A stretch of DNA of 64,000 bases from an uncultured Clostridia bacterium (lineage in GTDB: Bacteria > Bacillota > Clostridia > Christensenellales > UBA1242): positions 361,397-425,396 of the forward strand of contig CAKVLR010000002.1 in assembly GCA_934757855.1 (NCBI GenBank). Reading direction: 5' to 3'. The notes beneath the pieces are model-generated. The model had not been told where the DNA came from, searched no databases, and was given only the letters and a program-made list of their open reading frames with translations. Both the position numbers and the translations under genes were made by a program. Below, in pieces: positions 18,173-26,648 of the stretch (positions are counted from its first letter, which is position 1; the number at the start of each line of letters is the position of its first letter).

Positions 18173-18435
18173 AAAAACCTCTCTAAAAATTTAAAGATAA
18201 AAAATCAATCTACATTTTTATTATAACAAAATTTATACCAAAACGCAACCAAATATACCACGAAATTAAATTTAAAAAGTTTACCACTATAATATTATTT
18301 AGCATATAATAGATTGTTATAGATAATGCCAATGAGTTTTTGTGTTTTATCTTGACAAATTACATTTTTGTGGTACACTTATTTGGTAAGAAAGTTACAA
18401 ACTTATATTCAAATTTTTAAAGGATAGGTAAAATT

Positions 18436-19062
18436 ATGGAAAAGACTTCTATGTTTCAAGAAGTGCAAGCGCACACTATTGAGTGTTTAAACCAAATCGT
18501 GGTCGCAAATCACAACCGCCAACAAGAAATCAAGAGTTGGTTAGACCAAGCAATTCACAATGGTAAAATGGAATATGCTATGGCTGTGGTGGAAAATGTG
18601 CCATTAGAAAATCTTTCTACTGTGGCAAAATATTGTAGAGAAATTGAGAGCCGTGAAGAAATCGAAAGAAGAATTTTGGGCGAGGCATATCGTATGAGCG
18701 GACTCAGTGACCCAATTTTGGTTACAACCGACATTGCGTTTATTGAAGAGGACGAAACTGCACAAAAAGTAAACGGTAATGAAAATGAGGGAATTGAAGG
18801 CTTTGAAGGCGGTAGTAGCGAAGGCTTTGGAAGCGATGGTAATGATAATGGTGGAAACGATGACGATATCATTATCCTTGACCCAAAAACAGAAACCGAA
18901 ACTAAAAAATCACGCAAATCGCGCGCACGCCGTGTGCCACTAATTGTGGAAAAATTTACAGTTGATGGCTGTGAATTTACACTTAGCGCAAAACGCCCAA
19001 CTTTGGCTCAACAAAAGAAGATGAACACAGAAAAGAAAATGGACGCAGAAATGCAAAGATAA
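18436..19062 (+). CDS. hypothetical acidic protein with a low-complexity G/N/D/E segment
   Basis: SD AAAGGATAGG upstream; no known motif. Confidence 0.5.
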   Translation: MEKTSMFQEVQAHTIECLNQIVVANHNRQQEIKSWLDQAIHNGKMEYAMAVVENVPLENLSTVAKYCREIESREEIERRILGEAYRMSGLSDPILVTTDIAFIEEDETAQKVNGNENEGIEGFEGGSSEGFGSDGNDNGGNDDDIIILDPKTETETKKSRKSRARRVPLIVEKFTVDGCEFTLSAKRPTLAQQKKMNTEKKMDAEMQR

Positions 19063-19196
19063 TTTAAAAGAGCAAACCTAAATTTGGGTACAACCAAAAT
19101 CAAGGTTTGTTTTTTGTTTGTAATTTGCTTGTTGCGGGCTAGATTTTATGGTAATATAATGATTATAAATCTAATTGAACAACGGAGGTAAATTTG

Positions 19197-20219
19197 ATGA
19201 CCGAAAATGATTTGCGCGCGATTGAGAGTGCGCTAGGATATAGTTTTGATAATATTGATTTGTTGCAACAGGCTTTTGTGCGCCGTAGTTATTCGCAGGA
19301 AAATGGCGGGCAAAATAACGAAGTTTTGGAGTTTATCGGGGACAAGGCGTTAGACCTTGCGGTAATCAAGATTTTGATGCAACGCTTTGGCGAGATTACC
19401 GAGCAAAAAGAGTGTCAAGAATTGAAATTGCGCAACCCTAAATATTTTGTAACCAAACACGATGAGGGCGAGTTTACAAACATAAAGGCAGATTTGGTGA
19501 ATAGAGGCGCGCTTGCTAAGTGTATAGATAGACTGGAATTTAATCAATATTTGATTATGGGCAAGGGCGATATTGAGCAAAATGTGCAAAATAGCACGGC
19601 GGTAAAAGAGGACTTGTTTGAAGCGATTATCGGCGCGGTTGCGGTCGATTGCGATTATGATATGCAAATTATTTGCGAAGTAACAAGCAGAATGATTGAT
19701 TTCGATGGTTATTTTAGTGGAGCAGATTTTGTAGATGAAAGACCTATATTAGACCTCAAAGACTGGGCAGACAAAATCGGTTGCGGTGCGCCCGAATACA
19801 ATTTTATTGAAAAGAATGGCGAGTGCTTGTGTAGCCTAGAAATTAAATCAATAGGCTTAACCGCGTTGGGTGCTGGTAAAAATCGCGTAGATGCGCAGGC
19901 GGATTGCGCACTAAAAGCGTGTGAAATTTTGGACGACAACAAGATTTTAGCCGATGAATACGAAATAGAGGTCGGCGTGCCTGAACGCGATGAGGCAATT
20001 CAGCAGTTAAATGACTTAAAGCAAAAAAATATGATTTTTAACCTCGAATACAAGTTTGAGGAAACGGAAAACGAGGGCGATGAGCGCTGGTATTGCGTAG
20101 CAACCGCTGAAAATATCGCATACAATTACGGCGGAGATGGCAAGGCTAGCACCAAAAAAGAAGCCCAAAAAACTGCAGCCTTTGACCTTTTGCTAGGCTT
20201 AATGAAATACGATTTTTAA
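19197..20219 (+). CDS. rnc: ribonuclease III family protein with two C-terminal dsRBD-like domains
   Basis: RNase III signature NEVLEFIGDKALDL and EDLFEAIIGAV. Two dsRBD-like ends: GAGKNRVDAQADCALKACEIL and GDGKASTKKEAQKTAAFDLLLGL. ATG 19197 follows GGAGG. Confidence 0.8.
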   Translation: MTENDLRAIESALGYSFDNIDLLQQAFVRRSYSQENGGQNNEVLEFIGDKALDLAVIKILMQRFGEITEQKECQELKLRNPKYFVTKHDEGEFTNIKADLVNRGALAKCIDRLEFNQYLIMGKGDIEQNVQNSTAVKEDLFEAIIGAVAVDCDYDMQIICEVTSRMIDFDGYFSGADFVDERPILDLKDWADKIGCGAPEYNFIEKNGECLCSLEIKSIGLTALGAGKNRVDAQADCALKACEILDDNKILADEYEIEVGVPERDEAIQQLNDLKQKNMIFNLEYKFEETENEGDERWYCVATAENIAYNYGGDGKASTKKEAQKTAAFDLLLGLMKYDF

Positions 20220-20223
20220 TAAG

Positions 20224-20279
20224 AAGTGAAGCAGAAAATAAAAGACCCGTAGAGGTCTTTTATTGGTGCGAATGAAAGG
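20224..20279. repeat. direct repeat copy 1: terminator hairpin plus 16 nt of the tRNA-Leu(UAG) 3' end (displaced copy)
   Basis: 55/56-nt repeat of 20436-20490 (one 1-nt indel and one substitution); ends in TGGTGCGAATGAAAGG. Confidence 0.85.
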
Positions 20280-20352
20280 TCGTGTAGCAGGCAGGCTATG
20301 CCGTGCCTAGCGTATTAGCGAGCCGAAATAATTATAATTTAGAAAGTCGAGC

Positions 20353-20443
20353 AAGAACGGCGAGCGTCCGTTCACGGAAGTGAAGGTTACACTGCTTTTA
20401 GAGCAGTGGGAGAGTGGAACACTCTCACAAGTCCTAAGTGAAG
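20353..20443. other. tRNA-Leu-associated structured element, copy E1
   Basis: Homologous to 50691-50778. The 55-nt core is about 95% identical. Three hairpins are present, with one compensatory base-pair change between the copies. Confidence 0.7.
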
Positions 20444-20474
20444 CAAAAATAAAAGACCCGTAGAGGTCTTTGAT

Positions 20475-20557
20475 TGGTGCGAATGAAAGGACTTGAACCT
20501 TCACGGTCTCCCACTAGAACCTAAATCTAGCGCGTCTGCCAATTCCGCCACATTCGC
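20475..20557 (-). tRNA. tRNA-Leu (anticodon UAG)
   Basis: Acceptor GCGAATG/CATTCGC, anticodon loop UUUAGGU, long variable arm, T-loop GGTTCAAGTCC, encoded CCA. Confidence 0.9.
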
Positions 20558-20621
20558 ATAAATGGTATAAAAATTGTAGTTTAATATTGCTAATAACTCG
20601 CATTGTTTGCCACTTGCAATC

Positions 20622-20637
20622 GCGGGCGATGGGAATC
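20622..20637. repeat. displaced duplicate of the tRNA-Gly 3' end (16 nt)
   Basis: GCGGGCGATGGGAATC is identical to 20739-20754 inside tRNA-Gly, 117 bp away. Confidence 0.8.
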
Positions 20638-20734
20638 TCCTTGGTAGTTGTGTGCAAGCCCGCAACTGTGGGCGATTCCCCTTGTGCTATACGGATACCT
20701 AGTTACTATTCCAAATACCAACTAACTACCCGAT

Positions 20735-20808
20735 TGGAGCGGGCGATGGGAATCGAACCCACATAACCAGCTTGGAAGGCTGGCGCTCTACCACTGAGCT
20801 ACGCCCGC
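20735..20808 (-). tRNA. tRNA-Gly (anticodon UCC)
   Basis: GCGGGCGTAGCTCAGTGGTAGAGC..., anticodon loop CUUCCAA, T-arm GGGTTCGATTCCC, encoded CCA. Confidence 0.92.
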
Positions 20809-20852
20809 ATATTTGCTAAATTTTGCGCAAAATTTTTCATTTAGCAAAATTA

Positions 20853-20881
20853 ATTATACCATTAAATTGGGCGCAAGTCAA
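20853..20881 (-). promoter_or_regulatory. promoter of the tRNA-Gly/tRNA-Leu operon: TTGACT-17-TATAAT
   Basis: On the minus strand: TTGACT (20881-20876), 17-nt spacer, TATAAT (20858-20853). Confidence 0.75.
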
Positions 20882-21046
20882 CAAAAACACCTAAAATTTA
20901 ATCGCAAATTTATTTTAATTTTGTCTAATAATATGATTAAATTTTGCAAAATACCGCAACTTTTGTAGGAATTTAATGTTTAGGTGATTGCTATTGGGCA
21001 AAAATTGTGTTATAATTAGCGAAAATTTACATTAAAAAGAGATTTT

Positions 21047-21760
21047 ATGTTATCGTTAAAAAATATCAAATTTTCCGTAGAAGAAAATGAAAACAAGACA
21101 ATTTTGAGTGATTTAAGTTTCGATTTTGAGGCGGGCAAAAATTATGTTATCACGGGTGCAAACGGCTGTGGTAAATCGACTTTGGCAAAGATAATTATGG
21201 GCATTTATCCGTTAAAATCGGGCAAAATTTACTTTCAAAATCAAGATATTACCGCGCTCTCAATCACTGATCGCGCGCGTGCTGGCATTGCTTTTGCTTT
21301 TCAGCAACCCGTTCGTTTCAAAGGCTTAACCGCCCGCGATTTATTGGAGCAAGCAAGCGGTGGTACGCTCAGCACCAGTATGGCGTGCGAGTATCTCTCA
21401 AAGGTAGGTTTATGCGCTCGCGAATATCTTGACCGCGAGTTGGACAACACCTTGTCTGGTGGCGAATTAAAGCGTATTGAGATTGCGAGCGTACTGGCTA
21501 GAAATTGCCCGCTAAACATTTTTGATGAGCCAGAAGCGGGTATTGATATTTGGAGTTTTAATAATTTGGTAGATATTTTCAAAAATTCAGTTACCGCGAG
21601 CAGTACAAACATTATCATCAGCCACCAAGAAAAATTATTCGCAAGCGCAGATGAAATTTTGTTGATTGCAGATGGCAAAATCGCTTTGCATGGGACTCCG
21701 CAAGAAGTGATGCCCAAATTACACAATTTTAGCAACTGCAAAAAATTGAGGGGGGACTAA
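21047..21760 (+). CDS. sufC: Fe-S cluster assembly ATPase SufC
   Basis: Walker A GANGCGKST, ABC signature LSGGELKR, Walker B IFDEPEAGID; no TM domain. Confidence 0.88.
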   Translation: MLSLKNIKFSVEENENKTILSDLSFDFEAGKNYVITGANGCGKSTLAKIIMGIYPLKSGKIYFQNQDITALSITDRARAGIAFAFQQPVRFKGLTARDLLEQASGGTLSTSMACEYLSKVGLCAREYLDRELDNTLSGGELKRIEIASVLARNCPLNIFDEPEAGIDIWSFNNLVDIFKNSVTASSTNIIISHQEKLFASADEILLIADGKIALHGTPQEVMPKLHNFSNCKKLRGD

Positions 21761-21761
21761 T

Positions 21762-22685
21762 ATGGAAAAAATCGACAGCACACTTTTGGCTGAAATTGCC
21801 GACCTACATGGGACTCCGCAAGGCGCGTACAATATTCGTAAAAACGGGCAACTGCTTGCTAGAAATTGTGTGGCGGGTATAACTATAAATACCAAAAAAG
21901 ACAAACCTGGTATTGATATAATCATCGAGGACAATGTTCAAAACCAAAGCGTGCATATTCCGGTGATTGTGACCGAACAAGGGCTAAATGATTTGGTTTA
22001 TAATGATTTTTATATAGGCAAAAATTGTGAAGTGCTGATTGTGGCTGGGTGCGGTGTGCATAATGCAGGCACAACAAAAAGTGGACACGATGGCATACAC
22101 ACATTTTATATCGGCGAGAATAGTAAATTGCGATATGTAGAAAAGCACTTAGGCACAGGAAATAGCGGGGTAGAAAAAGTCTTAAACCCAACAACAGTGG
22201 TGCATTTAAGTAAAAACGCACAAATGAAAATGGAAACAATACAACTAGGCGGGGTATCAAGTGCGGAACGCAAGACAGTAGCGGACCTTGCCAATGATGC
22301 AGTGCTAGAAATAAACGAAAGCATACTCACGACCGACACGCAAACAGCGACTACTCAATTTAATGTAGATTTAAACGGCTTTAATTCGCGCGTAAATGTG
22401 GTGAGCCGAAGTGTAGCAAAAAATGACAGCAAGCAAGCCTTTATTTCGAGCGTGAATGGGCATAACGAGTGCTTTGGCCATGTGGAATGTGATGCGATAG
22501 TTATGGATAGGGCGCAAGTTGTTTCGACCCCGGCGCTCAAAAATACCGATGCCAATGCAAACCTTACTCACGAGGCGGCAATCGGCAAAATTGCGGGCGA
22601 ACAACTGGTAAAACTACAAACTTTGGGCTTGACAAAAGAGCAAGCAGAAAATGTAATCATAAAAGCCTTTTTGCGAAAAATTTAA
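21762..22685 (+). CDS. SufB/SufD-family Fe-S scaffold protein (short, 307 aa)
   Basis: C-terminal HEAAIGKIAGEQLVKLQTLGLTKEQAENVIIKAF, typical of the SufBD beta-helix family; starts 2 nt after sufC. Confidence 0.75.
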   Translation: MEKIDSTLLAEIADLHGTPQGAYNIRKNGQLLARNCVAGITINTKKDKPGIDIIIEDNVQNQSVHIPVIVTEQGLNDLVYNDFYIGKNCEVLIVAGCGVHNAGTTKSGHDGIHTFYIGENSKLRYVEKHLGTGNSGVEKVLNPTTVVHLSKNAQMKMETIQLGGVSSAERKTVADLANDAVLEINESILTTDTQTATTQFNVDLNGFNSRVNVVSRSVAKNDSKQAFISSVNGHNECFGHVECDAIVMDRAQVVSTPALKNTDANANLTHEAAIGKIAGEQLVKLQTLGLTKEQAENVIIKAFLRKI

Positions 22686-22894
22686 TTTTAATAATACGCA
22701 TTCAATTATTTTGAGTGCGTATTTTTTTAGAAATTTTTGCGGTAATTTATTGATATTTTTTAGTTATTTTTTAAATAAAAATTAAAATTGGCATTATTTC
22801 TTTCATTATTTGACAAATTATTAAAAATTGCTATTGATTTATGCACTTTTTTATGCTATAATTTAGCCGAAATTACAAATGAAAGGAGAAAATT

Positions 22895-23032
22895 ATGTCA
22901 AGTTGTTATGGTTCAACGTACAGGAGAAGTATAAGCCCTGAAAAATGTGCCCAAATTAAGGCAGAAATCAAAAAGGCCGAGTTAGAAGCGCAAAAAGCAA
23001 AACTTGAAAAAGAGCAAGAAATGCAACGCTAA
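22895..23032 (+). CDS. small ORF (45 aa), not in the ORF track
   Basis: GAAAGGAGAA SD 5 nt before the ATG; C-terminal K/E-rich helix. Its stop is followed immediately by the AAGGAG SD of the next gene. Confidence 0.5.
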   Translation: MSSCYGSTYRRSISPEKCAQIKAEIKKAELEAQKAKLEKEQEMQR

Positions 23033-23042
23033 GGAGTGAATT

Positions 23043-23450
23043 ATGAAAGTAGTTAGATTTACAAAAGGCTTTTTTCTTGAAGATATAGAGCAAAAATCTG
23101 CAAAACTAGCGGAAATAAAAGCCGAGCAAGAGCAAGCAAGTGTGGTGCTTGTGGGAAATGATTTGCGCATTGAAAAGAAATTTGAGAGCGTGCAAGCGGG
23201 CAAAATATTTTACTTATATATTATATCAAAATCACGCGGAATCGATGTGAAATTTTATCCATTGAGTATGCGTGGCGATTTTGAAAAGTCGGGCAAGGTA
23301 GAGGTCTATCGTGATGTTATTTGCAACGCAAACGAGGCGACAAATGCGCTTAGCAAATATGTTGTAAAAGAAAAAGACGATTTAGTGAATTTGGCTATGG
23401 ACAACTTAACTCAAAAACAGCAAAAAAACGAACTAGAAAGGACACTATAA
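23043..23450 (+). CDS. hypothetical protein (135 aa)
   Basis: Good SD; tightly linked to the flanking ORFs. Confidence 0.55.
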   Translation: MKVVRFTKGFFLEDIEQKSAKLAEIKAEQEQASVVLVGNDLRIEKKFESVQAGKIFYLYIISKSRGIDVKFYPLSMRGDFEKSGKVEVYRDVICNANEATNALSKYVVKEKDDLVNLAMDNLTQKQQKNELERTL

Positions 23451-23455
23451 ATTAA

Positions 23456-23986
23456 ATGAATGAAAGAAAAACTGAATTTTTAGCAAAATTACAAGCGTTG
23501 GAAAATAGCGAATATGAGCGCAACTGTTGGGGGTTTTTGCTAGGTGGCGAGAGTGATAAGATTGAAATCAATTTAACTATTTTTGATAAAACTGAGTCAT
23601 TTGTTGAGATATTTAAGTTTAACGCAGACAACGCATTCACTGCGGTTTTGTATCAATATGAAATATTAAATATTTTGAAAAATTCATCACTTACTGATTG
23701 TGTTGTGCGCGTGGACAAATTATCTCGCAATATTACAGAAGAATTTTGCATTCAACAAATCGAGAGCAATTACAGCGCATTGTTAAAGGGCAATATGTCG
23801 CAAATCGCGCAAGACTATCAAGAAATAGTAGAGAGTGCAGAAGAAAAGACTATTACAAATTTAAGGCAAAGCATTGCTAACAAAAAAACGCAAAATGAAA
23901 AACAAAAAGCAAGCGATGATACATTACAATATTTTTTACAAAAATCTGAAAATAGAGTAATTAAAAATTTTGAACGCGTTATGTAA
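23456..23986 (+). CDS. hypothetical protein (176 aa)
   Basis: Starts 5 nt after the previous stop; no known motif. Confidence 0.55.
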   Translation: MNERKTEFLAKLQALENSEYERNCWGFLLGGESDKIEINLTIFDKTESFVEIFKFNADNAFTAVLYQYEILNILKNSSLTDCVVRVDKLSRNITEEFCIQQIESNYSALLKGNMSQIAQDYQEIVESAEEKTITNLRQSIANKKTQNEKQKASDDTLQYFLQKSENRVIKNFERVM

Positions 23987-24127
23987 ATTTTAAAAAATAG
24001 GTAAAATGCAGTAAATACAAGTGATATTTATTGAAATTTTGCTTATTTTTCTTTTATACAAATTTGATTAAAAAGATTGTATTTTAGCGTCATATATTAT
24101 ATAATAAATATAAGGGAGGAGTTGCGT

Positions 24128-24613
24128 ATGATGTGGGTTTATATTTGGCTCGCTGTTGCGTGCGTGAGTGCGCTAATTGAAGCGTTTACAATGCAAATGG
24201 TGTCGATTTGGTTTATCGCGGGCGGAATCGTTGCATTGATTTTGTCTGCATGCGGAGTAGGTGTCGGCATACAAGTAGTTGCATTTGTCGCAGTATCGTT
24301 ACTCGCTATGCTGTGTTTGCGTAGTTTGTGTATGAAATACTTATTGCGCAAAGACACAGTCAAGACTAATGTTGATGCTTATCAAGGCAAGGAAACAAAA
24401 CTATTAAAAGCAATTACCGCCGATGAAAGTGGCGAAGTAAAATTTGCTGGCGTTGTGTGGACTGCGGTAAGCAAAAATGGCGAGGCCATTGAAAAAGATA
24501 GTTTGGTGAAAGTTTTGCGCGTTGATGGCAACAAAATGATTGTTGTTCCTGTGCTGAAAGAAACCAAACAAGACACAAATCAAGAAAGCGAAGAAACTAA
24601 AAAAGAAGATTAA
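24128..24613 (+). CDS. NfeD-family membrane protein
   Basis: Three N-terminal TM helices plus a C-terminal OB-like segment GEVKFAGVVWTAVS. GGGAGGAG SD before ATG 24128. Paired with the SPFH gene. Confidence 0.75.
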   Translation: MMWVYIWLAVACVSALIEAFTMQMVSIWFIAGGIVALILSACGVGVGIQVVAFVAVSLLAMLCLRSLCMKYLLRKDTVKTNVDAYQGKETKLLKAITADESGEVKFAGVVWTAVSKNGEAIEKDSLVKVLRVDGNKMIVVPVLKETKQDTNQESEETKKED

Positions 24614-24631
24614 TTTAAAGGAGAAAAAATT

Positions 24632-25555
24632 ATGGCAACTTGGATAATCGTATTGTTAGTGCTTGCAGTCGTTGCGTTTGTTATCTTAGGTTTTAGTATC
24701 AAAGTAGTTAGGCAATCGACCGCAATCGTAATTGAGCGTTTGGGTAAATTCCACCGCGTATTAGAAACAGGTATTCGCTTTATCGTGCCTTTTGTGGACC
24801 GCAAAGCAGGAGATGCAATCAGTCTAAAAGAACAGGTGCAAGACTTTAAACCGCAACCTGTAATCACAAAAGATAATGTTACTATGCAAATCGACACAGT
24901 GGTTTATTTTCAAGTAACAGACCCAAAAGCATACACTTATGGTGTAGAGCGCCCTATTTCAGCGATTGAAAATTTAACCGCAACTACTTTGCGTAATATC
25001 GTTGGTGAGTTGGAATTGGACGGCACACTCACATCGCGCGACACTATCAATAGCAAAATGCGTGCCGTGCTTGATGAGGCAACTGACCCATGGGGTATCA
25101 AAATCAACCGTGTAGAACTTAAAAATATTTTGCCTCCAAAAGATATTCAACAAGCAATGGAAAAACAAATGCGTGCCGAGCGTGAGCGCCGTGAAGCAAT
25201 TTTGCGCGCCGAAGGTGAAAAACGCAGTAGTATTTTGGTAGCAGAAGGTGAAAAAGAAGCAGAAGTATTGCGCGCGGAAGCAAAGCGTTTGGCTTTGATA
25301 AAAGAGGCTGAGGGTACAGCAAACGCAATCAAAATGATTGTAGATGCAAAACCAGACCAAGCCTACCTTACGCTAAAAGGTTATGAAGCACTTGCACAAG
25401 TCGCTGACGGTGAAAGCACAAAATTAATCGTGCCTACCGACATCGCAAATATTACTAGTTTGCTTGCTAGTATGAAAGAAGCGCTTACAATTCCAGAACC
25501 AGCAGAAAAGAAAACAGCAAAGTCCCAAGAAAAAACCGACCAAAAAACAAAATAG
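24632..25555 (+). CDS. SPFH/band-7 (stomatin-like) protein
   Basis: N-terminal TM, SPFH core VITKDNVTMQIDTVVYFQVTDP, coiled-coil EAILRAEGEK repeats. Confidence 0.88.
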   Translation: MATWIIVLLVLAVVAFVILGFSIKVVRQSTAIVIERLGKFHRVLETGIRFIVPFVDRKAGDAISLKEQVQDFKPQPVITKDNVTMQIDTVVYFQVTDPKAYTYGVERPISAIENLTATTLRNIVGELELDGTLTSRDTINSKMRAVLDEATDPWGIKINRVELKNILPPKDIQQAMEKQMRAERERREAILRAEGEKRSSILVAEGEKEAEVLRAEAKRLALIKEAEGTANAIKMIVDAKPDQAYLTLKGYEALAQVADGESTKLIVPTDIANITSLLASMKEALTIPEPAEKKTAKSQEKTDQKTK

Positions 25556-25635
25556 ACAAAAAATATGACTTTAAATAAAATACTTTAAAGTATAAATAAA
25601 AAAAGAACTCCGTTTTATCGAAGTTCTTTTTAATT

Positions 25636-25959
25636 TTAAGCAACGCCGTTTACAACATTTACCATTGCGTGGAAAGTGTCTGGGAAGAATTGGAAAATTA
25701 CCGCAAGCGCAATCAAAGCGTAAACCACAATTTGAATGATTAAGTTGCGTTTTATCGCAAATTCAACAAGCACAAGACCGCAAATAATCAATGGACCATA
25801 GCGCATAATCATACTAAGAATTGTCATCACAACGCTGTCGCTAGGAATAAATGTCCAGTTCGCGTTAATCGCAAAAACCACATACGCCAAGATTACCACA
25901 AACGCCAAAAGTTTGTTTAAAAAGTCAAAAACCTTGCTCAAAGACTCACCGATAGCCAT
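25636..25959 (-). CDS. small membrane protein (3 TM)
   Basis: Hydrophobic profile only. Confidence 0.5.
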   Translation of the reverse strand: MAIGESLSKVFDFLNKLLAFVVILAYVVFAINANWTFIPSDSVVMTILSMIMRYGPLIICGLVLVEFAIKRNLIIQIVVYALIALAVIFQFFPDTFHAMVNVVNGVA

Positions 25960-26116
25960 ATATTACCCTCCGTTAGTTTATAATTATATTATTATATAAA
26001 TCAATTAAAATTGCAACTTATTTTATACAATTTCGCGAAAAAGTTGATTTTTTGTCGTATTTTCACCAAATATAGCGGTCTTGCATATATAATTTTATAA
26101 ATTTTAGGAGGAAAAT

Positions 26117-26428
26117 ATGAATTTTGGCGTGCCATATAGAGGGACTCCGCAACCGCGCTCGGGGCAATATTTTACCAAAAATGAGTTGATAACAGCCGTT
26201 CGAGAAGATATAATCGGTGAGTTGGAAGCGATAAATCAATACAATGCACACATTGTTAGCACAGATAACGAACTTGCTAGGCGCGTTTGGGCGGATATTC
26301 GTGATGAAGAACGAGTACATACAGGCGAATTGATAACGCTATTAAATCAACTTAGCCCAGATGAGTTGCAAAAACTCCAACAAGGGCAGGCGGAAGTAGA
26401 AAAAATAATGCGCGAACTAGGATTGTAA
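26117..26428 (+). CDS. encapsulated-ferritin-like (EncFtn family) protein
   Basis: IGELEAINQY...IRDEERVHTGELITLL parallels the EncFtn E...ExxH di-iron motif; AGGAGG SD. Confidence 0.55.
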   Translation: MNFGVPYRGTPQPRSGQYFTKNELITAVREDIIGELEAINQYNAHIVSTDNELARRVWADIRDEERVHTGELITLLNQLSPDELQKLQQGQAEVEKIMRELGL

Positions 26429-26648
26429 ATCAAAGCATATTGATTAATTTCAATATGTTTTTTATTTGCAATTTTATTACCGATAAAAAGTAATTATTTT
26501 AAATAACATTTTATTTAATTGTGTAATCACATACCGCTATTAAACACAAATTCAAAAAGTGTCATATTTTTTCATTTTGTGCAAATAATGGCTATTTTGG
26601 TATATTTATGGTATAATTAACTAATAATTCTAGTAATTTGGGGATATA

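Noticed and set aside
20307-20504. ORF 20307-20504 (minus strand), and ORFs 51061-51282, 51191-51460 and 50430-50615
   Set aside because: They overlap tRNA genes or the tRNA-derived elements, and their translations are artefacts of structured RNA sequence.
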